DNA of 24,000 bases from Pseudomonas sp. RIT-PI-AD (GCF_025642785.1 NZ_JANZKU010000003.1:68295-92294), one strand, 5' to 3'; shown: positions 1 to 8,740, counted from the stretch's first letter. Made by a program: numbers and translations. The notes: generated from the letters alone by a model not told the origin.

Positions 1-1379
1 AGCACGTGGTGGAGAATCTGCGCGATCCCCACCGCCAGGGTCGGCGCGCCGCCGGCGCGGGCCAGGATGGTGTTCTCGCCGATATCGCGGGCGGTGGCCT
101 GCAACAGCTCGGGGGTGATGGCGAAGCCCCAGCCGCTGACCGTCGCCGCCACCGTCTGCACGTCGGCACCGACCAGCGCGGCGGGGCTGTTCATGGCGAA
201 GTAGATGCCGGGCTCGATCACCGAGGCGGCGACGATCGCCATGATCGCCACGAAGGATTCCATCAGCATGCCGCCGTAGCCGATGTAACGGGCGTGGGCC
301 TCGCTGGCCAGCAGCTTGGGCGTGGTGCCCGAGGCGATCAGCGCATGGAAGCCGGACACCGCGCCGCAGGCGATGGTAATGAACAGGAAGGGGAACAGCG
401 CGCCTTTCCACACCGGGCCGCTGCCGTCGGTGAACTGGGTCAGCGCCGGCATCTTCAGCTCGGGCATGACGATCAGGATGCCGATGGCCAGGGCGATGAT
501 GGTGCCGATCTTGAGGAAGGTGGACAGGTAGTCCCGCGGCGCCAGCAACAGCCAGACCGGCAACACCGAGGCGACCGCGCCATAGCCGATCAGCATCCAG
601 GTGATCTGCACCCCGCTGAAGGTGAACACCGGCGCCCACTCGGGGCTGGCCGCCACCTGGCCGCCGAGCCAGATCGAACCGAGCAGCAGGATCAGCCCGA
701 CGACGGAGATTTCGCCGATCCGCCCGACGCGGATGTAGCGCATGTAGATGCCCATGAACATCGCGATGGGAATGGTCGCCAGCACCGTGAACATGCCCCA
801 GGGGCTTTCCGCCAGGGCCTTGACCACGATCAGCGCCAGCACCGCGAGGATGATGATCATGATCAGGAAGGCGCCGAACAGGGCGATGGTGCCGGGCACC
901 TGGCCCATTTCCTCGCGCACCAGTTCGCCGAGCGAGCGGCCATTGCGGCGGGTGGAGATGAACAGGACCATGAAATCCTGTACCGCCCCGGCGAGCACCA
1001 CCCCGGCGATCAGCCAGAGGGTGCCGGGCAAGTAGCCCATCTGCGCGGCCAGTACCGGCCCCACCAGCGGTCCGGCGCCGGCGATGGCGGCGAAGTGGTG
1101 GCCGAACAGAATGTGTTTGTTGGTCGGTACGTAATCCAGGCCGTCATTGTTCAGCAGCGCCGGTGTGGCGCGGCTGGGGTCCAGTTCCATCACCCGGTTG
1201 GCGATGAACAGGCTGTAGTACCGGTAGGCGACCAGATAGAGGGCGACCGCCGCGACCACTATCCACAAGGCATTGATGGCTTCGCCGCGGCGCAAGGCCA
1301 CGACACCCAAGGCACAGGCTCCGACTATCGCCAGCACCGCCCAAGGCAGGTGGCGCAGCAGGCTATTGTTATGGTTCAT
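1..1379 (-). CDS. cstA: Carbon starvation protein A / peptide-pyruvate transporter (CstA family). N-terminal about 459 codons; the C-terminus lies beyond the left edge.
   Basis: Absent from the ORF track because it runs off the window. The reverse complement reads stop-free from ATG (1379-1377), with GGAG 6 nt upstream. It gives MNHNNSLLRHLPWAVLAIVGAC...NKHILFGHHFAAIAGAGPLVGPVLAAQMGYLPGTLWL...FITIACGAVSGFHALIASGTTPK, the conserved CstA N-terminal region. GC3 bias fits this frame. The listed 6..1424 + ORF is its antisense shadow. Confidence 0.9.
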   Translation of the reverse strand, partial: MNHNNSLLRHLPWAVLAIVGACALGVVALRRGEAINALWIVVAAVALYLVAYRYYSLFIANRVMELDPSRATPALLNNDGLDYVPTNKHILFGHHFAAIAGAGPLVGPVLAAQMGYLPGTLWLIAGVVLAGAVQDFMVLFISTRRNGRSLGELVREEMGQVPGTIALFGAFLIMIIILAVLALIVVKALAESPWGMFTVLATIPIAMFMGIYMRYIRVGRIGEISVVGLILLLGSIWLGGQVAASPEWAPVFTFSGVQITWMLIGYGAVASVLPVWLLLAPRDYLSTFLKIGTIIALAIGILIVMPELKMPALTQFTDGSGPVWKGALFPFLFITIACGAVSGFHALIASGTTPKLLASEAHARYIGYGGMLMESFVAIMAIVAASVIEPGIYFAMNSPAALVGADVQTVAATVSGWGFAITPELLQATARDIGENTILARAGGAPTLAVGIAQILHHV

Positions 1380-1500
1380 CGACTACTCCCCGGATTGGTC
1401 AGACAAGCTGCCGCCCAAGTCTAGCGCGTCCCCGGGGTTAAGGTATCCCACCTTGGTCGAGCGTGGCGCCGGCATGGGCCCGGTGCCTATCTCTCGGCCA

Positions 1501-1526
1501 TAAAAAAACCGGGCGCGAGGCCCGGC
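1501..1526 (-). terminator. Rho-independent terminator after the DUF3015 gene
   Basis: On the minus strand: CCGGGC-CTCGC-GCCCGG (plus coordinates 1509-1525) followed at once by TTTTTTT (1508-1502). It lies 17 nt past the stop at 1543. Confidence 0.7.
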
Positions 1527-1542
1527 TTTTCACGTTGCGGTA

Positions 1543-2049
1543 TCAGGCTGGCTGTTTGGCGTAACGGGCCAGTTGCTGATCGCGGCTCATCACGTCCAGG
1601 GTGGCGGCCAATACCTGGTCACCGGTGACGTCCGGCGCGCTGAAGATATCGCCGAAGTTCTGCTGGGCGACTTGCGCGAAATGCGCACGGTCGCCTTTTT
1701 CGATACCCAGCAGGGTCGCATAGGCGTCCAACGCTTCGCCACGGCCCTGGGCCATGTCTTCGGCGATGTTGTCCAGCATGCCGTTCATGGCCAGCATCGA
1801 GCGGCCGTTGTAGCCCAGCTTGCCATTGGTATCGCAGCCGTTGGTGCCCGAGGTCATGCCGAAGGTGGCGTTACCGGAGGTGCCGTTGGTAGTGGTGGCG
1901 AGGAAGTGCGGCGCGAGACCGCGCTGACCTTCGAACAACATGTTGCCCCAGCCACAGCCATTGCCACCTGCGGCGTCGGCATGTGCCGCTACGCTCGCCA
2001 CGCTCAGAAGACCCGCAAACAACGCTTTACTCAGCAGTCGGTTGTCCAT
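1543..2049 (-). CDS. Secreted DUF3015-like protein of unknown function
   Basis: ATG at 2049 is preceded by GGAG. Sec-type signal MDNRLLSKALFAGLLSVASVAAHA|DA. The mature part is rich in G/N/T with GCGWG and TNGC motifs, as I recall for DUF3015. The family call is from memory and not verified. Confidence 0.7.
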   Translation of the reverse strand: MDNRLLSKALFAGLLSVASVAAHADAAGGNGCGWGNMLFEGQRGLAPHFLATTTNGTSGNATFGMTSGTNGCDTNGKLGYNGRSMLAMNGMLDNIAEDMAQGRGEALDAYATLLGIEKGDRAHFAQVAQQNFGDIFSAPDVTGDQVLAATLDVMSRDQQLARYAKQPA

Positions 2050-2169
2050 ATCTGCACTCCGCAATCATTAGAAGAATTGTACTGCCACTGGAGCTTTGGC
2101 GAAGGCCGCAGAACTGTCAATGCATGACAGGGTCGCAACTCTTTGTCCCCGTCCCGTTCCGGAGTCCGC

Positions 2170-2631
2170 ATGCCCAGCCCGCAAGAGCGCGCCACCCTGG
2201 CGCCGCCCCTGATCTACCTGCTGTTCCTGACGATCGCCTGCACACTGACGGCGAGCGTCCCGATCCCCCTTCCCGACGACGCCTGGACGCGCGGGTTGGG
2301 CTACCTGCTGATCGCTGGAGGGCAGGCGTTCTCCTTCTGGGCCATCCGGTCGATGAAACGGCACTCGACCACCTCGGGCACCAATGGTAAGCCGTTAGAG
2401 CTGCTGCAGCGCGGAGCGTTCCGCTTTTCGCGCAACCCGATCAACCTGGGCGATACCCTGGCCTACTGCGGCCTCGCCTGCCTGCTCGGCGACCTCTGGC
2501 CCTGGCTGTTGCTGCCGGTCCTTCTGTATTGGATGAACAGGGACGTGATCCGCCGCGACGAAGCCTTTCTCGAGCGCTGCTTCGGCGACACCTACCGCCG
2601 TTACTGCCTGCGCGTCCGTCGCTGGATCTGA
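2170..2631 (+). CDS. Membrane methyltransferase, ICMT/PEMT-like family
   Basis: GGAG (2161-2164) lies 5 nt before ATG 2170; the track's TTG start at 2143 is less likely. Hydrophobic N-terminus. FRFSRNPINLGDTL...RRDEAFLERCFGDTYRRY resembles the RNPxYxG...EE..L...FG..Y..Y C-terminal signature of isoprenylcysteine/phospholipid methyltransferases. Confidence 0.7.
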   Translation: MPSPQERATLAPPLIYLLFLTIACTLTASVPIPLPDDAWTRGLGYLLIAGGQAFSFWAIRSMKRHSTTSGTNGKPLELLQRGAFRFSRNPINLGDTLAYCGLACLLGDLWPWLLLPVLLYWMNRDVIRRDEAFLERCFGDTYRRYCLRVRRWI

Positions 2632-2851
2632 CCCCCACGCCGCCTCGCCCGCGTTCGGGCACCGCACGCCACGCGCGAATTCATGCGCGGATGTGGAGGA
2701 TTTCCGCCGCGCCACCTGGCGCTTGTGGGAAGATCGCCGGCACGACAAGCCTCTTCGCGCCGCGACTGCGCCGTCGGCACGGCGTCGTCTGCGGCGGTAA
2801 GCCGGGGCGGCCTTGTCTATAGTGGATGAATCCATACAGGAGTGTTCCGTG

Positions 2852-3220
2852 ATGAGTGATACAGCCAACGAGCGCAGGCGTTTCCACCGCTTCGCTTTCG
2901 ACGCCGACACACAACTCAGCCAGGGTGCCAAGCGGTGGTCGGTGGAGCTCCACGACCTCTCGCTCAAGGGCTTGCTGGTGCACAGCCCGGCCGACTGGGA
3001 CGGCGACCCGGCGCAGCCGTTCATCGCACGGATCGCGCTGACCGAAGACACCGTGGTGGAAATGGAAGTGGAGCTCACGCGCACCCAGGATGGCCAGCTC
3101 GGCTTCATCTGCCGGCACATCGACCTCGACTCGATCAGCCACCTGCGGCGCCTGGTGGAGCTCAACCTGGGCGACGAAGCCCTGCTGGAACGGGAACTGG
3201 CGGCCCTGGGCGACGCCTGA
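2852..3220 (+). CDS. mapZ: Single-domain PilZ c-di-GMP receptor, MapZ-type (chemotaxis methyltransferase CheR1 adaptor)
   Basis: AGGAG at 2838-2842. The protein [19 protein letters not shown]...[10 protein letters not shown]...[27 protein letters not shown] carries the RxxxR and D/NxSxxG PilZ motifs. It is near-collinear with P. aeruginosa PA4608 as I remember it, and lies beside radA as in PAO1. Confidence 0.9.
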   Translation: MSDTANERRRFHRFAFDADTQLSQGAKRWSVELHDLSLKGLLVHSPADWDGDPAQPFIARIALTEDTVVEMEVELTRTQDGQLGFICRHIDLDSISHLRRLVELNLGDEALLERELAALGDA

Positions 3221-3225
3221 TCGGC

Positions 3226-3246
3226 TCGGCGGCCGGACGCCGCCGA
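3226..3246. terminator. GC hairpin between convergent mapZ and radA (possible bidirectional terminator, no U-tract)
   Basis: TCGGCGG-CCGGACG-CCGCCGA: a 7-bp perfect stem with a 7-nt loop. Confidence 0.3.
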
Positions 3247-3286
3247 CGACCGTTGGCGAACGCGTCCGACGACGCGCGCGGCGACC

Positions 3287-4651
3287 TCACTCGAACAGCG
3301 CGTCCAGCGCCTGCTCGAGACGCGTCACGGCCACCACCTGCAACCCGGGGGGCGCTTCCTTCGGTGCATTGCCCTTGGGCACGATGGCCCGCTTGAATCC
3401 ATGCTTGGCGGCCTCCTTGAGGCGCTCCTGGCCGCTCGGCACCGGGCGGATCTCACCCGACAACCCCACCTCGCCGAACACCAGCAGGTCGTGCTCCAGC
3501 GGCCGGTTGCGCAGGCTGGAGATGACCGCCGCCATCAAGGCCAGGTCCACCGCGGTCTCCAGCACCTTGACCCCGCCCACCACGTTGATGAACACGTCCT
3601 GGTCGTAGGTGGGGATGCCGCCGTGCCGGTGCAGCACCGCCAGCAGCATGGCCAGGCGGTTCTGGTCGAGGCCCAGGGTGACCCGCCGCGGATTGGCCAA
3701 GTGGCTGGTATCCACCAGCGCCTGAACCTCCACCAGCATCGGCCGCGAGCCTTCCCAGGTGGCCATGACCACGCTGCCGGGCACCGCTTCCTGGGCGCGG
3801 GTGAGGAAGATCGCCGACGGGTTGGAAACCTCCTTGAGGCCTTTGTCGGTCATGCCGAACACGCCCAGCTCGTTGACCGCGCCGAAACGGTTCTTCACCG
3901 CGCGCAGCAAGCGCAGGCGCCCATCGGATTCACCCTCGAAATAGAGCACGGTGTCCACCATATGCTCCAGCACGCGCGGGCCGGCCAGGGCGCCCTCCTT
4001 GGTGACGTGCCCCACCAGGAAGATCGCGGTGCCGCTCTGCTTGGCGAAGCGCACCAGCAAAGCCGCGCTCTCGCGGACCTGGGCGACGCCGCCGGGCGCG
4101 GATTGCAGTTGCTCGGTGTAGATGGTCTGGATCGAGTCGATCACCATGACCTTGGGCCGCTCCTGGCGCGCCGTGGCGATGATGGTTTCGATGCAGGTCT
4201 CGGTCATCACCTTCAGCTTGTCTTGGGGCAGGTCCAGCCGACGCGCGCGCATCGCGACCTGCTGCTGGGACTCCTCGCCGGTGACGTAGAGGGCGGGCAG
4301 GCGCGTGGCGATATTGCAAAGGGTCTGCAAGAGGATGGTCGATTTGCCGATACCGGGGTCGCCGCCGATGAGCACCACCGAGCCATCCACCAGGCCGCCG
4401 CCGAGCACGCGGTCGAGTTCGGCCGAGGCGGTGGAGAAGCGCGGCATCTCCTCGATGCTGACCTCCGCCAGGGTGCGGACCTGGGCCTGCTGCCCGGTCC
4501 AGCCGCCACGGCCGCTGGGCGTGGCGGTGGCACCTTCGAGCACGGTCTCCACCAGGGTGTTCCAGGCGCCGCACTCGGCGCATTGGCCGGCCCATTTGGG
4601 AAAGGTGGCGCCGCATTCGGTGCAGCCGTACATGCGCTTGGCCTTGGCCAT
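3287..4651 (-). CDS. radA: DNA repair protein RadA/Sms
   Basis: 454 aa. N-terminal zinc finger CTECGATFPKWAGQCAECGAWNT, Walker A GGDPGIGKST, the RadA-specific KNRFG motif (AVKNRFGAVNELG), and a Lon-like C-terminal domain. Confidence 0.97.
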   Translation of the reverse strand: MAKAKRMYGCTECGATFPKWAGQCAECGAWNTLVETVLEGATATPSGRGGWTGQQAQVRTLAEVSIEEMPRFSTASAELDRVLGGGLVDGSVVLIGGDPGIGKSTILLQTLCNIATRLPALYVTGEESQQQVAMRARRLDLPQDKLKVMTETCIETIIATARQERPKVMVIDSIQTIYTEQLQSAPGGVAQVRESAALLVRFAKQSGTAIFLVGHVTKEGALAGPRVLEHMVDTVLYFEGESDGRLRLLRAVKNRFGAVNELGVFGMTDKGLKEVSNPSAIFLTRAQEAVPGSVVMATWEGSRPMLVEVQALVDTSHLANPRRVTLGLDQNRLAMLLAVLHRHGGIPTYDQDVFINVVGGVKVLETAVDLALMAAVISSLRNRPLEHDLLVFGEVGLSGEIRPVPSGQERLKEAAKHGFKRAIVPKGNAPKEAPPGLQVVAVTRLEQALDALFE

Positions 4652-4770
4652 GGCGGACTCCCTCGAGGCAAAGGAGCCGATGATACAGGCTGTCGGAGCA
4701 CGCCACGAAGCGCCCCGCGACGCATCCGGCCGCCGCTCAGCGGCGAGGGCCGGGCCGGGCGTTCAACCGG

Positions 4771-5049
4771 TCAGCCGCGGCACCCGCCGCCGCAGCCGCA
4801 GCACTGGCCGACGGAGCGCTTGAGCTGGCGCGCGACCTGATCCTTGAGCACCACGCGCTGCTGCTTGAGCATGCCGAGGGCATCGTCGTTCAGCGACTCC
4901 ACGCCGTCCTCGACCCGGCAGATGCGCTTGTCCAGGGCCTCGTACTCCTCGGCCAGGCGGGCGAAAGCGGCGTCGCCCTGGCGCAAGGCATGCAGCTCGG
5001 CGCGCAGTTCGGGGAAGTCCTGGACCAGCGGATGATGTTCGACGTGCAT
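4771..5049 (-). CDS. DUF465 (YdcH-like) small coiled-coil protein with a C-terminal Cys-rich tail
   Basis: AAGGAG lies 8 nt before ATG 5049; the track's longer start at 5106 would run through the ANR box. MHVEHHPLVQDFPELRAELHALRQGDAAFARLAEEYEALDKRICRVE... matches the DUF465 pattern. The protein ends ...GQCCGCGGGCRG. Confidence 0.75.
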   Translation of the reverse strand: MHVEHHPLVQDFPELRAELHALRQGDAAFARLAEEYEALDKRICRVEDGVESLNDDALGMLKQQRVVLKDQVARQLKRSVGQCCGCGGGCRG

Positions 5050-5105
5050 GAAGGGGCTCTCCTTGAAGGTTTTTCCCAGCCTAACGGCCCGGGGATGCCG
5101 CGCCA

Positions 5106-5119
5106 TTGATCCGGATCAA
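5106..5119 (-). promoter_or_regulatory. Perfect FNR/ANR box (TTGAT-N4-ATCAA) in class II position for the DUF465 gene
   Basis: TTGATCCGGATCAA is a perfect palindrome. On the minus strand, 22 nt downstream lies TAGGCT (plus 5083-5078), a TAnnnT -10 hexamer. That puts the predicted TSS near 5071 and the box centre exactly at -41.5, with a 22-nt leader containing AAGGAG. Confidence 0.7.
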
Positions 5120-5398
5120 ACCGACGCCCATCGTCGGCGGCCCGTCCTGCCGTCCGTCGCCCACCACGCGAAGGCTCCGGGCCTGGGCAGACCGCGCACC
5201 TCCCATGCTAGCCATGAGCCACTGAAGAGCGCGTTCCGGGTTAAACTTCGCCGGACTCACCGGGTCTCTGCATAGATCGCCCGGGAAACCGTCCTTCAGG
5301 CCGCCGGTTCACGAGCCTGGTTTCCGCCGGACGCCCCTGGGTTTCGCGCGGGCGCCGACGTTTGCCGTCCTTCGCACACTCCAAAGGAGCATTGGCGC

Positions 5399-6148
5399 AT
5401 GTCCGATTCCCCCTCCTGTTCGGCCTGTCGGGATCTCCCCGAGGACGACGACCTTTCCCTGAGCATGGCGTTCCAACCCATCATCGACGTGGCCCAGGGC
5501 AAGGTCTTCGCCCATGAAGCCCTGGTGCGCGGCCCCGCCGGGGAAGGCGCTGCCAGCGTCCTGGCCCGGGTCAACGCGGACAATCGCTATCGCTTCGACC
5601 AGCGCTGCCGGATCAAGGCGGTGGAATGGGGAGCCCGCCTGCAGATCCCGGCGCGGCTGTCGATCAATTTCATGCCCAATGCGGTCTACCGCGCCGAGAC
5701 CTGCATCCGCGCCACGCTCGAAGCGGCGCAGCGGGCGCACTTTCCCCTGGAACGGATCATCTTCGAGGTGACCGAACAGGAACAGGTGCTCGACCTGGAT
5801 CACCTCTGCGCCATCCTGCATGCTTACCGGGCGCGCGGTTTTCTCACCGCCATCGACGATTTCGGCGCCGGCTTCGCCGGCCTCAATCTGCTGGCGGACT
5901 TCCAGCCCGACCTGCTCAAGCTGGACATGGGGCTGGTGCGCGGCATCGACCGCGACAACGTGCGCCAAGTCCTGGTGGAGGGCACCCTGGACATGTGCCG
6001 GCGCCTGGGCATCGCGGTGATCGCCGAGGGAGTGGAAAGCCGCGAGGAATACGACACCCTGCGCGCCATGGGGATCGAGCTGTTCCAGGGCTATCTATTC
6101 GCCCGACCTTTGTTCCAGGGGTTGCCGGACGTGGCCTATCCCGAGTGA
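5399..6148 (+). CDS. Stand-alone EAL-domain c-di-GMP phosphodiesterase
   Basis: AGGAG lies before ATG 5399. 249 aa with the catalytic signature apparently intact: EALVR, SINFMPN, EVTE, DDFGAG, KLD, EGVE, QGY. There is no sensor or GGDEF domain, only a 22-aa N-terminal tail containing CSAC. Confidence 0.9.
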   Translation: MSDSPSCSACRDLPEDDDLSLSMAFQPIIDVAQGKVFAHEALVRGPAGEGAASVLARVNADNRYRFDQRCRIKAVEWGARLQIPARLSINFMPNAVYRAETCIRATLEAAQRAHFPLERIIFEVTEQEQVLDLDHLCAILHAYRARGFLTAIDDFGAGFAGLNLLADFQPDLLKLDMGLVRGIDRDNVRQVLVEGTLDMCRRLGIAVIAEGVESREEYDTLRAMGIELFQGYLFARPLFQGLPDVAYPE

Positions 6149-6242
6149 ACGCACCGGACCCGCGCGGTCCGATCCACAGGTTCACCCACGGTCGTCGCGA
6201 CGCGTGGAAACCTCAACGAAAACGCCACACAGGGGGTAATGG

Positions 6243-6683
6243 ATGAGTTTCATCAATGAGTTCAAGGCATTCGCCGTCAAGGGCAACGTGGTCGACATGG
6301 CGGTGGGGATCATCATCGGCGCCGCCTTCGGCAAGATCGTCTCCTCGTTCGTCGGCGACGTGATCATGCCGCCGCTGGGCCTGCTGATCGGCGGAGTGGA
6401 TTTCTCCGACCTGGCGATCGTCCTCAAGGCGGCCCAGGGCGACACCCCGGCGGTGGTGCTGGCCTATGGCAAGTTCATCCAGTCGGTGATCGACTTCCTG
6501 ATCGTGGCCTTCGCCATCTTCCTCGGGGTGAAATTCATCAACCGCCTGCACCACACCCACCCGGCGGCCACGGCGCCGACCAAGGATCAGGTGCTGCTGG
6601 CGGAAATCCGCGACCTGCTCAAGGCGCGCGTCGAACAGGAACAGGCGCCGGTCGCCCGCGACATGCCCGAAGGCGAACGCTGA
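6243..6683 (+). CDS. mscL: Large-conductance mechanosensitive channel
   Basis: [57 protein letters not shown]... is the canonical MscL TM1/periplasmic-loop sequence. 146 aa. Confidence 0.95.
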   Translation: MSFINEFKAFAVKGNVVDMAVGIIIGAAFGKIVSSFVGDVIMPPLGLLIGGVDFSDLAIVLKAAQGDTPAVVLAYGKFIQSVIDFLIVAFAIFLGVKFINRLHHTHPAATAPTKDQVLLAEIRDLLKARVEQEQAPVARDMPEGER

Positions 6684-6691
6684 TCGTCCCC

Positions 6692-6711
6692 CGCCCGGTC
6701 GCGACCGGGCG
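6692..6711. terminator. GC palindrome between convergent mscL and fpr
   Basis: CGCCCGGTCG/CGACCGGGCG is a perfect 20-nt palindrome, 9 nt after the mscL stop and 6 nt before the fpr stop. No U-tract. Confidence 0.4.
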
Positions 6712-6716
6712 CGTCC

Positions 6717-7493
6717 TCACCAATAGGTTTCCACCGCCACCTGGCCCGGCCGACGGCTGAGGGACAGTTGCAGGTCGCGGGCCTTGAGCAGCGCCCGGGT
6801 GTCCTCGATCATCTGCGGGTTGCCGCACAGCATGATCCGCGAGTGCTCGGGTTCCAGGACCTGCCCGGCGGCACGCTCCAGCTCGCCGTTCTCCAGCAGG
6901 GTGGTGATCCGCCCGTGCAGCGCCGCGGGATGGGTCTCGCGGGTCACCAGCGGGAGATAGCGCAGCTTGCCGGCGTGTTCGGCCAGGTAGTCGCGCTCGC
7001 CCAAGCCCGCGATCAGCGGCTGGTAGGCCAGCTCGCAGGCCTCGCGCACGCTGTAGACCAGGAATATCCGCTCGAAGCGTTGCCACACCTCGAAGTCCTG
7101 GAGGATCGACAGGAAGGGCGCCAGCCCGGTGCCGGTGGACAACAGCCAGAGGTCGCGGCCGTCGACGAAGCGGTCGAGGGTGAGGAAACCGAACGCCTGG
7201 CGGTCCACGCGCAGTTCGTCGCCCACCCGTAGGCGCGACAACTCGCTGGTGAACTCGCCGCCCGGCACCACGATGGAGAAGAATTCCAGGTAGTCGTCGT
7301 GGGGCGCCGACACCATGGAGTAGGCCCGCCAGACCGCGCTGCCGTCGGCCTTGGTCACGCCGAGGCGGGCGAACTGGCCGGCGCGGAAGCGGAAGCCGGG
7401 GTCGCGGGTGGTGCGCAGGGTGAACAGGCTGGGCGTGAGGGTCTGCACGTCGAGCAGGGTCTGGCGGGTGAACTTCTCTTCGCTGGCGGTCAT
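6717..7493 (-). CDS. fpr: Ferredoxin-NADP+ reductase (bacterial subclass I Fpr; FprB-like by its position next to mscL)
   Basis: Internal ATG at 7493 gives 258 aa: MTASEEKFTRQTLLDVQTLTPSLFTLRTTRDPGFRFRAGQFARLG...RAYSMVS...LWLLSTGTGLAPFLSIL...MLCGNPQMI...VAVETYW. It has the FAD (RxYS) and NADP (GTGxAP, CGNP) motifs and a terminal aromatic residue. Confidence 0.9.
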   Translation of the reverse strand: MTASEEKFTRQTLLDVQTLTPSLFTLRTTRDPGFRFRAGQFARLGVTKADGSAVWRAYSMVSAPHDDYLEFFSIVVPGGEFTSELSRLRVGDELRVDRQAFGFLTLDRFVDGRDLWLLSTGTGLAPFLSILQDFEVWQRFERIFLVYSVREACELAYQPLIAGLGERDYLAEHAGKLRYLPLVTRETHPAALHGRITTLLENGELERAAGQVLEPEHSRIMLCGNPQMIEDTRALLKARDLQLSLSRRPGQVAVETYW

Positions 7494-7588
7494 ACTTCGC
7501 GTTCCTGATGCAGGGCCGCCGTCGGGCGTGCCTTGGATATGCGCGCCAGTCTCGCGTAAACCCCGCCGGATAAAAACCACCAGTTCAC

Positions 7589-8713
7589 ATGCCTATTCTG
7601 ACCACGCCCCTGGCGACCCTCGACCTGCGCCGCCATCCCGAACGGGCCGGCGACCCTTTGCAGGCGTTCGACGCCGCCGACGAATACCTGCTCAACCACC
7701 TGCACGACAGCGGACTCGAGGGCTCCGAGCGCGTGCTGGTGCTGAACGACGGCTTCGGCGCGCTGGCGTGCAGCCTGGCCGGCCGGGTCCGGCTCACCAG
7801 CGCTGGCGACTCCCATCTGGCCCGGATCGCCCTGGGCGAAAACCTGGCGCGCAATGGCCTCGCTGCGCAGGCGGTCAGCTTCGTCGCCGCCAGCGAAACG
7901 CCGGAGGGTCCGTTCGACCGGGTGTTGATCCGCGTACCGAAGACCCTGGCCCTGCTGGAGGAACAGCTGATACGCCTGCATGGCCGGCTGGCGCCGGGCG
8001 CCCGGGTGGTCGCCGCCGGCATGATCAAGCACCTGCCGCGCGCCGCCGGCGATCTGCTGGAGCGCTACGTCGGGCCGGTGCAGGCCAGCCTGGCGGTGAA
8101 GAAGGCGCGCCTGCTGTTCGCCACCCCCGACGCCAAGCCCGCGCCGGTATCGCCCTACCCGACCCGCTACCGGCTGGAGCAGCCACCGCTGGAGCTGCTC
8201 AACCACGCCAACCTGTTCTGCCGCGAGGGCCTGGACATCGGCACCCGCGCCTTCCTCCCGCACCTGCCGCGGGCGCTGGGCGAGCTGCGGGTGGCGGACC
8301 TCGGCTGCGGTAACGGCGTGCTCGGCATCGTCTATGCCCTGGGGAATCCCCAGGCCCGGCTGACCCTGGTGGACGAGTCCTACATGGCCGTGCAATCGGC
8401 GCGCGCCAACTGGCGCGCCGCCTTCGGCGAGCGCCCGGTGGATATCCACGCCGACGACGGCCTGGCCACGCAAGCGGCCGATTCCCTGGACCTGGTGCTG
8501 TGCAACCCGCCGTTCCACCAGCAGCAGGTGGTCGGCGACTTCCTCGCCTGGCGCATGTTCACCCAGGCCCGGAACGCCCTGGTCAAGGGCGGCGAGCTGT
8601 GGATCGTCGGCAATCGCCACCTGGGCTACCACGCCAAGCTCAAGCGCCTGTTCCGCGGCGTCGAGCAGGTGGCGGCCACGCCGAAGTTCGTGGTGTTACG
8701 GGCGACCAAGTAG
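7589..8713 (+). CDS. rlmG: 23S rRNA (guanine1835-N2)-methyltransferase RlmG
   Basis: 374 aa, two-domain methyltransferase. DLGCGNGVLG (SAM binding), the NPPFH catalytic motif, and the C-terminal ...NRHLGYHAKLKRLF....PKFVVLRATK typical of RlmG/YgjO. Confidence 0.9.
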   Translation: MPILTTPLATLDLRRHPERAGDPLQAFDAADEYLLNHLHDSGLEGSERVLVLNDGFGALACSLAGRVRLTSAGDSHLARIALGENLARNGLAAQAVSFVAASETPEGPFDRVLIRVPKTLALLEEQLIRLHGRLAPGARVVAAGMIKHLPRAAGDLLERYVGPVQASLAVKKARLLFATPDAKPAPVSPYPTRYRLEQPPLELLNHANLFCREGLDIGTRAFLPHLPRALGELRVADLGCGNGVLGIVYALGNPQARLTLVDESYMAVQSARANWRAAFGERPVDIHADDGLATQAADSLDLVLCNPPFHQQQVVGDFLAWRMFTQARNALVKGGELWIVGNRHLGYHAKLKRLFRGVEQVAATPKFVVLRATK

Positions 8714-8740
8714 TCGCGGGCAGGCACGGGGGTATTCCGT

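Noticed and set aside
6-1424. 472-aa plus-strand ORF
   Set aside because: Antisense to cstA. Its composition is low-complexity and rich in Arg, Gly, Asp and His, it resembles no domain, and its third-position GC pattern fits the opposite strand.
2823-2834. TGGATGAATCCA near-palindrome just upstream of the mapZ Shine-Dalgarno site
   Set aside because: It has only 5-bp arms and matches no motif I can name. It is too short to distinguish from chance.
3401-4840. 479-aa plus-strand ORF, plus the nested 3930..4706 and 4213..4725 minus-frame ORFs
   Set aside because: These are shadows of radA, which has unambiguous motifs in the 3287..4651 minus frame. The alternatives are Arg/Pro/Gly-rich nonsense.
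7351-8632. 320-aa plus-strand and 380-aa minus-strand ORFs overlapping rlmG and fpr
   Set aside because: They are alternative or antisense frames of well-supported genes and lack motifs. This is typical of stop-codon-poor GC-rich DNA.
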